Of a stretch of DNA of 64,000 bases, positions 28,562 through 42,592 are shown piece by piece; the stretch's first letter is position 1, and every line of letters starts with the position of its first letter. The notes beneath the pieces were generated by a model. It worked only from the letters and a program-made list of their open reading frames with translations, was not told the DNA's origin and did no database searches. Where the stretch lies: positions 21,824,001-21,888,000 of the forward strand of contig OZ231126.1 in the NCBI GenBank assembly GCA_965153355.1, given 5' to 3'. Origin of the DNA: Flaccisagitta enflata. Taxonomy: Eukaryota. The position numbers were made by a program, and so were the translations under genes.

Positions 28562-29998
28562 CAGGCGTGCTTTTTGGGCAGCGGCCCCAAAGGGCCGATG
28601 TCCTGTAGGACACAGGGGGATTTTGACGTCCGTCCTTCCGTCCTTCCGTCCTCCGTCTCTTCACTTCCTGTCCTTCCGTCCTTCCGTCCGTCCGTCCCTC
28701 CTTGGCCTCAATTTTGCTCTCTCAGGCCTGATTTTGGCCTGATTTTGGCCTGATTTGGGCCCTCTGAGCCATCAGAATAGGCTGTATAGCCCTTTCAGAC
28801 CTCAATTTAGCCCTTGAGACCTTAAATCAGCTCTCCATACCTCATATCTGCCCTCCAGACCTCAAATTAGCCCTCCATACCCCAAATCCACCCTCAAGGC
28901 CTCAAATCAGCTCTTTCGGCCTCAAATTTAACCTCTGGGCCTCAAGCCTGCCCCTCAAACCTCAAATCTACTCTTTAAAACCTAATTCTGCCCTCCAGGC
29001 TTCAAACCCACCTTTAATGACCTCTATCCATCTTCTCAGACCTAATATACCCCAGGACGTCTCGAAATTCCCCCCTGTGTCCTACAGGACATCGGCCCTT
29101 TGGGGCCGCTGCCCTGCTCTCTCTCCACTACTTCACTTGATCACTCCAAGCAGGGCATCGGGTACCGCTGACCATGTGCGATCCTTGGATGACTAGTTCT
29201 TCTTTCCCTCCGAGTAGCATTTATTTTCCCTTAAGATCTTCCGACTTGTCCATCACACTCTTGGGCTAAGGCTAGTTACATGTTCTACATGCAGTGTTCT
29301 TCATGTCTTGTCTTCTTTGACTTTGTCTTTGTCTTCCTCTCAACTTGAGCGACGATATCATACAGAGACATGTTACGTCTTTCCATTTCTTAAAACCATT
29401 GTGAGGAGATGATTTGCATATTGCAGTAGCAAGGTTTCTTCTAGTATTCAAAATGATTTAATGTCGTCTCAGATCTATCAATACTCAACTTCACTGTATT
29501 TTGCTTCTTAAAATTACTTAAAATAAGTCCAGGATTGATATGATCGGTTAAATTATGTTACATTAAGATATGTTTGTGAGGATTGTTCGTTGTCTCATTT
29601 TCAAACTTAACAATTGGATGGCAAACCAAGCTTGACTGCTTGCAGAAAAAATTCAAAGCGCAAACCTTCTGGATTACCTTCCGGGGGCATTTTTGGATGG
29701 CGAGGGATCTATCTCGTTTGGAAATTTTTGGGAGATTGGAGGTAGTCTTAGAGATTGAAGGGAGTGTGATCATGTGAATGGGGTGGAAGCATAACAATGT
29801 TTCTCATTTTTTTCTTTCCTCTAACTTCTTCCTCATTTTCTTTTCTTTTTTTTCTTTTTTTCATCTTTTTTTTTCTTCTTCTTTTTTTTTCTTCTTCTTT
29901 TTTTTTTTCTTCTTCACTTTTTTTCTGAGATCTTCCGAGAGGTGCCCATATCATTCCGAGTAGCGGCGCTACTCGCTACTCCATAAAAAGCACGCCTG
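28562..29998. mobile_element. hAT-type non-autonomous element (8-bp TSD)
   Basis: TIR CAGGCGTGCTTTTT / AAAAAGCACGCCTG, with a perfect 8-bp TSD GCACGGGT at 28554-28561 and 29999-30006. Confidence 0.85.
28576..29198 (+). mobile_element. HINE-like family A3, full length (21-bp internal repeat subtype)
   Basis: The 5' GGGCAGCGGCCCCAAAGGGCCGATGTCCTGTAGGACACAGGGGG is inverted at about 29070-29114. Tail GGGTACCGCTGACCATGTGCGATCCTTGGATGACTAGTT. Confidence 0.88.
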
Positions 29999-30841
29999 GC
30001 ACGGGTACCGCTGACCATCTAACGCTTTTGCGACTATTACTTTTTCGGCGTTTTCTATCTTTTTGGGCATACGGCTCCTGCCCAGATGCCCTAGTGACCT
30101 TCTCCGGCACTGCTTCTGCCCACCCGCACGCGACTAGGGTGGCCGTGTATCTGGCCTTGTTTTTTCTTTCATCCTCCTCTTAGTCCGTTCACCCAACTGC
30201 TTCCGATCTCGGACGAAGCCGTCTCTCGTCATAACGAGGGTATATCGTCATTAATCCTGATACTCTAGGTGTGGAAATCTGACGGGAGTGCCGCGACGCT
30301 TGCGGCAGCGCACTGAATGCTAAATGAAACAGTAAGTGCAATGAGTGCTACAGAAAAGAAGGAAATCTCCATCTTGGTTAATTCTTTGATACAAAATACG
30401 AAATACCATTTGTGGATACCGACAAGAGGAAACATTGGAAATTATTTGCTTATGTTAGAGACTTTCCAAAAAGTCAGATTGTAACATTACACTGTACAGT
30501 TACTGTATCCGAAATTCCACAATTATGCCAAAGATACTCTTACCCTACTTTTTTGATGATTTTATTCTACATCAACATTTTGCGCACAGCGCAGCGGCGA
30601 CAACGAATACGACGTAAATGGCAAAGGCTTCAGAAGCAGGCTCAATCGCGGCGACAGCAGTAATCACTTCTGGGGAGAACGTTGAATTAGAAAACACGGC
30701 AATAGTGACAAATGCAACAGCCAGCGCACGAGTTATTCAACGGTCCATTTTATCATGACTCTTGAGTTAGCACTTTGCACAATGCTTGCAAGCTGGCGTA
30801 CAAGGCATTGATTACTTGCTGGTAGGTATTTGCATGTAGAG

Positions 30842-31474
30842 TAGCCTGTACCTAAATGACAAAAAGCAATAAAATCAACATACTATGAGCAGATCATGTT
30901 GTGGGACTGTCTCAGGCTTCTATTGAAATCAATATTGGCTTTGAAATTCTACTTTTAGGTGGCCGCGTCTTACCTTCTATAAAACCTACCCCGATAGGAA
31001 ATCCAAAATTTCAAAGTTCTTGAATTCCAATTATGACTGCAGATTTGGAATCTGCAGAAAAAAAATGTTTTCCTTTTTTTTATATTCCAATTAGAAGGTG
31101 GTCAAAAGTGCTGTCAAATATCGCGAAACATACCTTTCATTTTAATTTCTTTGTAAAATCATTGAACTTACCTTTTTTAAAACTCTTAAGCGTGGATTTT
31201 GATAATGATCCCAAAGGAATTTTTGAAAAAAGAAAAGCACTTTCAACAGACAGTTTTTCATGCAGATTTCAAATCTGCAGTCAAAATTTGATTTTAGCAA
31301 TTTGAAATTTTTAGTTTCCTATTGACCCTTGAGAAGTTCAAGGTAAGGCGCGGCAACCAAGATGTAAACTTTTAAAGCTGAAAATGATGACAATAGAAGC
31401 CCAAGACAGCTCCACAACATGAACTGCTCGTAGAATTTCGATTTTTTTGGTTTTAGTCATTTCAGTACAGGCTA
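30842..31474. mobile_element. hAT-type MITE with long imperfect TIRs
   Basis: TAGCCTGTAC..AAATGAC / GTCATTT..GTACAGGCTA, with inverted similarity extending about 220 bp. Flanks ATGTAGAG and ATGTTGAG match at 7 of 8 positions. Confidence 0.8.
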
Positions 31475-31886
31475 ATGTTGAGGTGATGTATTAAGCAGAT
31501 AAGAAAGATCGGGAAAAATAATGCTGGGGATTGCTCCACAAATTGCGGTTGTTGACTGAATTTTTCAATCGATTTTGACTGTTTCATTTCCAAATTCGAG
31601 GATTAAAAAAAATTTTTTTTTTTGCTTTCGTGATCTATCTTTATCAAAGTAAGCAATCTCATCCCTGTTCATTTTCCCACTGAAATAGCACCATGAAACT
31701 GATTTCTTTGCCTCAGTAATTTGTATTTTATCTCATAATGTTTGCAACGTATTTTGTTTCCGTAAGATTGTTCGTAGTTCTGCCCTGCTTGTTCAGTGTC
31801 ATTTGCTTTTGCTAACTCTGTACAGCTAGAATTTTGCATTGTTTTGTTGCGTCACCTTCCCACCTTACCTGTCACCTTCAACACGA

Positions 31887-32012
<126 letters not shown>

Positions 32013-33380
32013 TTTTGCAGCCTATTTTTTCGCCCTCTCTTTCTCTAATCGTTTATCTCATCATTCAGGTCTTTTACCTGATCTCGTGCTTTTTATGTTA
32101 AGCACGAGTCATCACTGAGAAAGCATCAGCTCCTCTTTTACCCTTTTAAAAAGGGCCTTTTTGCCATTTCCTGACGGAGGCACAGAGAAAGTTAACGGAT
32201 GAAAAGAAGAAGAGCGGGTTAAAGAAAAAGAAGGAAATTGAGGGAAAAGTTGAAAAACGATTTCATCTTCTTTTTTGTTGATATCGAGAAAAAGAGGTCG
32301 ATTTTTTTTTCTCTTTTTCTTTCTTTTTTTTCCTTTTCTTTTCTTTTGGCTATTGCTTCAGGAAAGCACTTTCGTGCTCTATTTTCGGGGAAACGAGATT
32401 GCAGAGAAAAAAAGTTTTGATGGCAAGATTGTGAAATGGCAAAATGATGTAATGATGTGTGGAGAGAGAGGCAAAGTGGGGTGTTTGTTTGCCAGAGGTG
32501 GATGGGGTTCAATTCTCAACTTGAGTTGTTTGGCGTCCAATACTTCTAAGCTTTAACTCAATAACAAATGCACCATGAATAAAAACTAGTGCCGCTGGCA
32601 AAGGCTAAATTAGGGCCTTATTCTGCATATTTCATAAAGTTTAAAATTTTTTTGGTTTTGTCTTTTTCTTATTTTTTCTCTATTAGGTTAAGAGTGAAAA
32701 GTACTTTAGATGAATTGCCCTGAAAGACAACGACTTCCTTCTCCTATCTTTCATCATTTGTTGATGTTCAAGGTAATCGCTTTCTTCATATTCACTAACA
32801 GAGAATGTTTTGAATAAAAATTAGACCAGAGAAAGGCGGCGAAATCAAAAGTTCCGAATGACCATGAGTAGTATCCACTCTCGCTCTTTAAGATCACAAC
32901 GGCAAACTGATTGCTAATCACAAAAGGTTTTTTTTTTCTTTTTGTTGCAATATCATCAACCCTCATCATATGATTTTCAACAACGATGAAATATAAAAAA
33001 ACGGCGACAATCATGACACCATAGAATTGTTTTATCATTCTGCATACCGAATAATCAAAATGAGTTAGCACCATAGGTTATCGACACACAGCTTTATCAT
33101 CAAGAGTTTGTCTAGAAGCACATGCGCTGTCACTTCTTGTAGTCAAATAGAACTCAACGTTTACATCGTTCCTTGCGCGGTTATATATTCTCTTTTTACC
33201 TGGTCGTTCTCTTTCTTATTCACCATATTGAAGGGTTTTTCTCTGCAGCAGAAGGCCGCGTAGAATATCGGCTCCGAAGCAACACAAGCTTTCTTTCCCT
33301 CTTGCATCTCCAGACGTTGAACCTAAAGCAACTCGTACGAAACCGATTTATCATATTAACAACGTCTTGCAATCGCGTTT

Positions 33381-33852
<472 letters not shown>

Positions 33853-34314
33853 CACGCATCACATCCTTCCCTTTCTTTATACGGAAGTGTATGGGGTAGA
33901 ATGAGGGGTTGCGGCCTCGTTTAATGCAACGATCTACAACCCCACAAAACATTCTTTTAGGTTGTAATGATCTCATTTGCTTGTTTTAATTCAAACATAA
34001 CCATTGTTTTGTTTCCCCATCCTCACAGCGGAAAATCTCGTTGGCATACGAACTTTCCCTTTTTTTCACTCTGTTTTGTAATAATTGTCCTTCATCCACA
34101 TCTGCTTGGCTCAGAATACGACTTACAAAGCCAGGCTTAAAAAAATCATTTTCGTCCCTAGATATGACGATAAAATCCTTAGATCTAGACATGTGAAACA
34201 ATGAGACAACAACGTTTAACATCTGCTGACTATATACCTTCGTCAACATGCTAATCTACTGGTGGTTGCCCACCACTGGTCGGTCTCTCATCTATAAGCC
34301 GAATTGGTTAATTG

Positions 34315-34346
<32 letters not shown>

Positions 34347-34626
34347 AGAAGAAGAAGAAGAAGAAGAAGAAGAAGAAGAAGAAGAAGAAAAAGAAAAAGA
34401 AAAAGAAAAAGAAGAAGAAGAAGAAGAAGAAGAAGAAGAAGAAGAAGAAGAAGAAGAAGAAGAAGAAGAAGAAGAAGAAGAAGAAGAAGAAAAAAAGAAG
34501 AAGAAGAAGAAGAAGAAGAAGAAGAAGAAGAAGAAGAAGAAGAAGAAGAAGAAGAAGAAGAAGAAGAAAAAGAAAAAGAAAAAGAAGAAGAAGAAGAAAA
34601 AGAAGAAGAAGAAGAAGAAGAAGAAG
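34315..34626. repeat. (AAG)n microsatellite
   Basis: Direct reading. Confidence 0.97.
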
Positions 34627-35449
34627 GAGTGAGAGAGAAAAGAAGAAGAAATCAAGTATAGAGAAAAAAAAAACAGGAATAGAATAAGTATGGAAAAAGA
34701 AGACGTGGAAAGTGAAAGAAGAATGGAGACTGCCTAGAGAGCGAGCCAAGAGAGGACACCCGGTCGGCGGTACAAACTCTATAAACTATCGACAACTAAC
34801 CATAATTTTTCCATCTTTGCGGAAGCCAAGTGGGGAAAAAATTCCGAACACGAATCTCGTCTGTTTCTCTCTTTAGTCTCCACATATGTTTCCCGTCCGC
34901 TCGAATGGTCTGGCCCTCGACAACCTCCCTCTTTCTATCAGGAGAAAGGGAAAGGAGAGAACAAATGGTAAGCGGTGTCCTAGCATTAGATAATTGTTAA
35001 TACTGAGTATAATGTACACCCTAGCAAGATTTTATGGATCGTTTATGTAGAAGTTGCTCATGTCCTTTCACGCGGCATTACGAATACCTCATATACCGCT
35101 AAGAACAGTTAGCGAGAAGACAAAAAAAAAAAAAAAAAAAACGCATAGAAATTGATTTGAAAACTGACGAATGTACGAAAGTTCTTCACAGTTTATACAC
35201 AAGACCAAGGGCATAGAATTGAATTATCCTTAGAACCGAATAGTCGAATGCTACGAAGAAAGCGGCTCATAAAAGCAATAACAGAAGTTAGTCATTTTAG
35301 ATTACTTGGATAAATACAAGTAGGCAATACGTTTTGGCATTACTTTATCTACAAACGGACTGGAAGATGCACTGAATTTACCAGGAATAGAGAAATATCG
35401 ACTAAGGCAAAATAAATGAAAATGGGAAGCAAAAAGGCCTTGAGTGAAG

Positions 35450-35873
<424 letters not shown>

Positions 35874-36240
35874 GATTACTGATTTGGAAAGAGTTTTCTT
35901 GTCATAAGGACTTTCAAACAGATTGGAAGCGGCTAGACAAAAAGAAAAGTGGCATAAAGAAATTTATGTTACAAACAGACATGCAGACAGTCACACTGAC
36001 AGACATGTTTAAGAAAGCAGAGAGCCAGAGAGGAATAGCGAGGAGACGGAGAGCGCAATGCCTTGACTGTTTTTTCCTTTGCAAATATATGGTGCCATAT
36101 TTCTAGCTCATGGACCAATAATCTGGTTCCGAAGAAGCCAAAAACGGCGATACGTATGCGCCGCGCGAGCTTAGAACCGGCGCGGTTTGGCGGAAAAACC
36201 GGCGCCGCCGCCGCCTGGCTTAGCATCCCCGCGAGGCATC

Positions 36241-36337
<97 letters not shown>

Positions 36338-37058
36338 ACCACCGTGTACCATAGTCGCTTCCCTCCATAGCTTCGACCGTCACTACCGCCTCTTATGGTT
36401 ATACCACCACTGCCGCCATCTACACCCCGACGTTTCCACCACCACCACCGCCGTCGCCTCCGCCTCCGTTACCGCCACTGCCACCGCCACTGCCTCCGCC
36501 ACCGCCACCGCAACGCCCAGATAAGAACAACATCCGCCAGAGATTTATTGGGAAACCACCGCAGTGAGAGAGGGAGAGAGTCTGCGGTGGCGGTGGCAGT
36601 GGCGGCGTCGGCGACGATGGCGCTGCGGCGTCACGCGGCGACGCAGCGCCATTCGCAGTGGTGGCAGCAACGGCAGCAGCGCCATTTTAGTTATGAAAAT
36701 TGTACCGATAGCGCGAAACAGACGGCGCGAAATGGAGAATCAAAACCGGAAACGACGACCGCAACATTTGGCAAACACGAGAGAGGGATTTGGTGGGAGA
36801 AGGGTTTGGGGCGATGGGATAACCTTATAACGTGAGAAAAGGGGGAAAAGTCAGATTCTATCTGATGGGCATCGGAAGTTAAATGGACATCAGAATTATT
36901 TCATTAACGAGTGTTCGTTAGAGAAAGGGTGATGAGTGATGACGAAGACTTTCCAAGATGAATCGGCATCGGATGGTATCAGGATTCTGGGAAAGATTCG
37001 TGGTAAGTGCAGCAAGGGTGAGGACGGTGTTCCCCGACGTGTAATAAAATATTTGCTA

Positions 37059-37490
37059 CAGTATGATCTTTTTTCAAATGAAACAAAAGATGACGACATA
37101 ACAACAGAACTGATAGACATGCTCAAATTCTGAAAAGAGTGTCTGAAAGAATATGTTTTGGCATTTGTTTGTGCCAAATCTTAGCTTTTGGTATCAAGTA
37201 GTTTAGCTTCAATATACATATAAAGTGAAAATGTCAATTTCTCCTTGGTTCTATTTTCACAACAACATTTTTTCACTGGTTTTGGTAAAAGAAATCAGTG
37301 ATTTTGAATTATACATAATCTGACTTCAAAAAGAAATTGAGGCTAAACTACTTGAGACCTAATGCTAAAATTTGGCACGAATAAATGCCAAAACCTACTC
37401 TTTCAGGTGTTTTTTTTCAAAATTTGATAACGTTGATTCCTTTTCAAATTATGTTGTCATCTTTCGTTTCATTTGAGAAAAATCATACTG
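37059..37490. mobile_element. Fold-back Tc1/mariner-type MITE (TA TSD)
   Basis: TA|CAGTATGAT.TTT.TCAAATGAAAC.AAAGATGAC ... GTCATCTTTCGTTTCATTTGAGAAAAATCATACTG|TA. A related fragment lies at about 61640-61800. Confidence 0.85.
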
Positions 37491-38469
37491 TATGATATGG
37501 GTAAGAGGGATTTGGATAAGAATAAATATAAGGAAGACACATTATGTGGTGCCTCATTCTTCAACATGCCTGTTTATTATTGTTAAGTAGCCATTCGGTC
37601 TTCAACCCGACTTTTGAGAGCGTAATTGGCTTCCTTCGGCTCGTCTTCTTCTCAGTACGATTTCGTCATTTCGACGGCAGCAAAGATCAATCTTCTCCGC
37701 TTCTCACATTTCTTTGTGTCTGGGGAGAGTGCACACTAGAAATCTAAAAACGCAGGCAATGACATTTTTTGATTCTACAAGCTTTTTTGGCCTGATTTGA
37801 AAACTCCTCTCCGGCGCCCAAATCTTATCATTAACACGAACACTGTGTAAATAAACAGCTTGACCACATGCTTTGAGAACTGAATCAAATCTACAATTTG
37901 ATTTTGAAAATCATGTTGGAACAACATGAAATGAAAACTATTCATTGCAGAGGACTTTGCAAAACACTTCCATCTTTTCCTAAACCTGAACGCGTACGTA
38001 CTCAACGTGCGTGTGCGTATGTGTGTGTTTCTTTCTCTCGTTCCCTCTTGGCGGTCCATTGTTGCGATTAAAGTGCCGGATTTGGTTTAGTTTATGCGTT
38101 GGTGGTTTGACCTCGAGAAAATAGAGATTCAGATTCTGACACTCAATTCTCTCCGCGGGAAAGTAAACAAAGAAAAAGGGGGCGTGACCGCCAGATGGAA
38201 GAGCTGTAAAAATGGCGGAGCACAGACAGAAAAAAGACCCTTAAATGACGCCTCTTTCCTTTTTTATCAAAATCAGGAGAGTAAAAAACGAATAAAAAGA
38301 ATACATTGTCGAGATACAATTTGTTTATCCAGGGGAAAAAACAGGAACAAGAACGTACCCACTGTCTTCGAATCTTAGCATCGTCTCTGCAATTGTTCGA
38401 TGGCATGAATTTCGTTACTTGGTAGAAAAAAGGTAAAGAAATCAAAAGGCCTTCACGATGATGGTTTTT

Positions 38470-38669
38470 AGTTGCGGACACGCAACTCTATAAGAGGCTT
38501 TGTCCGTCCATCCGTCGGTCTGTTGGTCCGTATATCCGTCGGCATGAGTCGAAAAGTGGGAAAACATGAGAAAAAAAACAAGCGTTCTAGAACATTTTTA
38601 GTTGCGGACAGTTGCATTTGCGCCCCTGCCCACCCGTCCGCAACTGATGGCCGTGTATCTGGCCTTGTT
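38470..38669 (+). mobile_element. HINE-like family C with an internal repeat of its 5' end
   Basis: Canonical C ends, plus a second TTTTTAGTTGCGGACA at about 38595-38610. Confidence 0.82.
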
Positions 38670-38862
38670 AACACAAAGGATCCTTGACACTGCACTCGTC
38701 AGTTCGAGTTTGAATGTTGAGGGTAATCGATAATTTGAAAGTTCATTCTAAATGACCAAGTCACTCATTTTGATCAAATGCAAGATTCACCAGCGCTTTC
38801 GCTGAGTTGCAAACCGTTTTCTGGCCAGCTTTAAATAGAACAAATCAATTCTTTTATTGCTA

Positions 38863-39453
38863 ACAATGGCCAAAAAAAAACCGGACGCTGTTTTTTCATC
38901 AAGGATTGCTCAGTAACTAAGAAAGATAAACCCTTAAAATCCATGATGGTTTCAAAGAGCTTCAAAATATCTTTCATTTGAGCTCTCACAGAACATTGTA
39001 GCTTCAGAACTTTAGAAGTTATGATGCTTTAAAGATAACCACTCAGAAATCTCGAATCTGGAATCAATCTTTTTAGAGTAACCAACTTTGAATTAATATA
39101 GCTTGTAAACAAATAAGAATCATGATTTCTGCTTGATTCCATCTTGTAGAGAATTAGTAATACCTCAATTTTATCTTGAATTTCATTCCATTTATTTGAT
39201 TTCTTTATTGTACACAATATGTGAAACAAAAAAAGTCTCATTGTCAGGCACAGTAATTTGCTTCCAAGAAAATGGGTGTTGAATTTCAATCTTATGTCAT
39301 TTCAAAACGACTTAAGCTCTAAGTTTCTGCTTGGTCTAGATTTGTAGAGTTTTTGAAGCTCTTTAAAATGCTCATGGATTTTAAGTAAAAAGTATGTGCA
39401 GTATTCAGTCAATCATGAAAAACTGAGCGTCCGGTTTTTATTTTGGCCACTGT
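38863..39453. mobile_element. TIR MITE (TA TSD), copy 1
   Basis: TA|ACAATGGCCAAAAAAAAACCGGACGC ... GCGTCCGGTTTTTATTTTGGCCACTGT|TA. An inverted sister copy lies at 55472-56063. Confidence 0.88.
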
Positions 39454-40012
39454 TACTTTATTTCACTAGTCTTTTCATCCGCAGAGACGCATTTTTCTAT
39501 AATAAGCATTCTTTTTTATTGGGAAAAAAATCGAAAAATGTTTTTCGATTTTTTGAGTTTCGCTTAGGAATTAATTTTTTCCATTTCCGCTTGAGGGAGA
39601 GGGAAGGAGAGGAAGGAGGGAGAGGGAGGGAGGGAGAGGTGAAGGAGAGAGGGTGGGGGAAGGAGACAGAGAGAGTGAGGTAGAGAGGGAGGGAAGGAGG
39701 GAGGGAGGGAGAAGAAGAGAGGGAGGAAGAGGGAGGGAGGGGAGGGAGAGGGGGAGGGAAATGGAATGAGAGAGGGAGGGAGGGAGGGAGAGAAGGAGGG
39801 AGAGAGAGTGAAAGGTAGACAGGGAGGGAAAGAGGGAGGAAAAGAGGGAGGGAGGGAGGGAGAGAGGGAGAGAGGGAGGAGGTAGAGCGGGAAGGAGGAA
39901 GGGAGGGAGAGAGGAAAGTAGAGAGGGACAGAGACAGTGAAGGAGGGAGAGAGGGAGGGAGAGAGGAAGGGAGAGAGGGGGGAGGGAGAGAGGAAGGAGG
40001 AGAGAGGGAGGG

Positions 40013-40840
40013 AATAGTCGCAAAAGCGTTAGATGGTCAGCGGTACCCGTTGCCCCTATGTGAGTATATGTGGGTGTGTGATGGTGAGAGGGGCAGCGGC
40101 CCCAAAGGGACCGATGACCTATGCTTGGTGAGTTTTGATGCTCTAGGATTGAATTTGAGCCTCAAGGCTGCGATTTGAGCCATGAAGCTGTGATTTGAGC
40201 CTTGAGGCTGCAATTTGAGCCTTGAGGCTGCAACTTGAGCCTCAAGGCTGGGATTTGAGGCTTGAGGCTGGGATTTGAGGCTTGAGGCTGGGATTTGAGG
40301 CCTTAGGCTGGGAGATGACCCTCAAGGCTGGGATTTGAGTCTCTAGGCTATGATTTGAGCCATGAGACTACATTTGAGCCATGAGACTGTTATTTGAGCC
40401 TCGAGGCTGTGATTTGAGCTTGAGGCAGATTGAGGCTTTTATTGGGATTTGAGCCATAAGGCTGTGATTTGAGCCTTAAGGCTGAGATTTGAGACATGAG
40501 GCTGGGATTTGAGGCTTTAGGCCGGGATTTGAGCCTTGAGGCTGGGATGTGAGCCTTGAGGCTAGGATATGGGCCTCAAACTGGGATTTGAGCCTCAAGG
40601 TTGGGATTTGAGCCTCAAGGTTTGGATTTGAGCCTTATGTTGGGATTCCGCCTGAGGCTAGGATTTGAGCCTTGAGGCTAGAATTTGGGCCTCAAGACTA
40701 GGATTTGGGCCTCAAGGCTAGGATTAGGGTTCCAAGGCCAGGATATGAGCTTCAAAGGGGGTGGACGGAGAAGGAGAAGAAGGAAAAATTTCCCCTATGT
40801 GTGAAAGCATACGTCATCGGCCCCTTCGGGGCCGCTGCCC
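40013..40840 (-). mobile_element. HINE-like family A1 with ~30 copies of the 20-bp repeat
   Basis: AATAGTCGCAAAAGCGTTAGATGGTCAGCGGTACCC at the left end, GGGGCCGCTGCCC|AAAAA at the right end and a (GCTGGGATTTGAGCCTTGAG)n body. Confidence 0.88.
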
Positions 40841-40990
40841 AAAAAGGGAGGGAGAGAGGGAGAGAAGAAAGAAGAGAGGGAGGGAGAGAGAGGGGGAGGG
40901 AGAGAGAGAGGGAGAGAGAGGGGGAGAGAGAGGGAGAGAGAGGGAGGGAGAAAGAGGGAAAGAGAAAAAAAAACATGCGCACAGAGAGAG

Positions 40991-41073
<83 letters not shown>

Positions 41074-41363
41074 CAGACAGAGAGACACATACACACACAC
41101 AGGCGCGTGAACGTAATGAGGAGAGAGAAAAAACTGAAAAAAACAAAAACAATCTTAAGATTTTTTTCCGGTCGGCGAGAGCCGCCTTTACTGGTATGTT
41201 AGGTCCAGTCAAATTTTATTGCAGCTGGAACTTCCTTAATTTTTTTTTCGGATTCTTGGTTGAAATGTTCTTAGCACATCAGTATTTTTTGTACTTTAAA
41301 TTAATTCTTAAACTTTGGCAAAATTTCAGCCTCATGTCCTTACTCAGAAACAAGTGTAAGGTG

Positions 41364-41399
<36 letters not shown>

Positions 41400-41621
41400 T
41401 CTCGCCAAAGTGGCTTTTAAAATAATAGGGAGAAAAGTAATTCAGAAAACGGAGACGCAGAAAAGTCAATCTTGAATATTTGAGACATTTATTTGACTAG
41501 CAATTACGTTTTCCTCATGAAATATCGCCATTGAGTAAATTAGATTGGGAGTAAAAGCGTCTTTAACTTCATCTCGAATACACAAGTTTCAATTTCAGAG
41601 AAAAAAAGAGAAATGAACTTG

Positions 41622-41944
<323 letters not shown>

Positions 41945-42592
41945 AAGATTTTGGTATGATTTTTCCGAGATGAATTGAATTGAACGAAAAAATTGAACAA
42001 ACTATTAACGCTTTTATCAACGGGTGTGTATTGTTGCTCCGAATTCGGAGCCCCACAATGTACCATTCTTTTTTCTTTGTGTTGTTCATAAGTATTAGAA
42101 ACACGAAAATATATTGTCACTGTTCTTACATTTCTAGAGCACTGAGACTTTTTAACCTGGGAGCACCGCGTTGCGCCCCTCGTAAAGACAAACTTGACCG
42201 GAGTTGAGTCCCCACCAAAATTAACTTGAAAGGGGGGCGTTTGGTGTGGTAGACATTTGAAAGGTTTTTCCAACTCTTTCATGAATGTCATGTGGAAGTT
42301 TAACACCAGATGGCATAAACTGATGAAACTGATATAGTTCAGATAATTCAGCAAAGGCAAAAAAAGTGGGGAAAGGTGCTGATGATTTCACCTAGTATTT
42401 TGCCGTAATATGATCACTTATCCACCCATCACTGCATCTGTACATCCCCTCCCAGAATTTGTCCTCACCAACCAAGATCCTAGCTTCCAGGCCTAGATCT
42501 CTGACTCTTGACCACTCATCATGGCCTCCAACACCCTGATTCTGGTCTTTGATGCCCATATTTTGGCCCCCCAGTTCCTAGTCTTGGCCCAG

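Larger units (their letters stand above)
28111..30038 (+). mobile_element. HINE-like family A1, split by a hAT-type insertion in its 3' tail
   Basis: The body 28111-28561 ends in GCAGGGCACGGGT. The tail resumes at 29999 with GCACGGGTACCGCTGACCATCTAACGCTTTTGCGACTATT. Confidence 0.85.
28000..30161 (+). mobile_element. HINE-like family B, split by nested insertions
   Basis: The 5' part (28000-28110) and 3' part (30039-30161) rejoin to match the uninterrupted copy at 61449-61632 (GGTCCCCTTTTT|ACTTTTT.GGCG). Confidence 0.8.
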
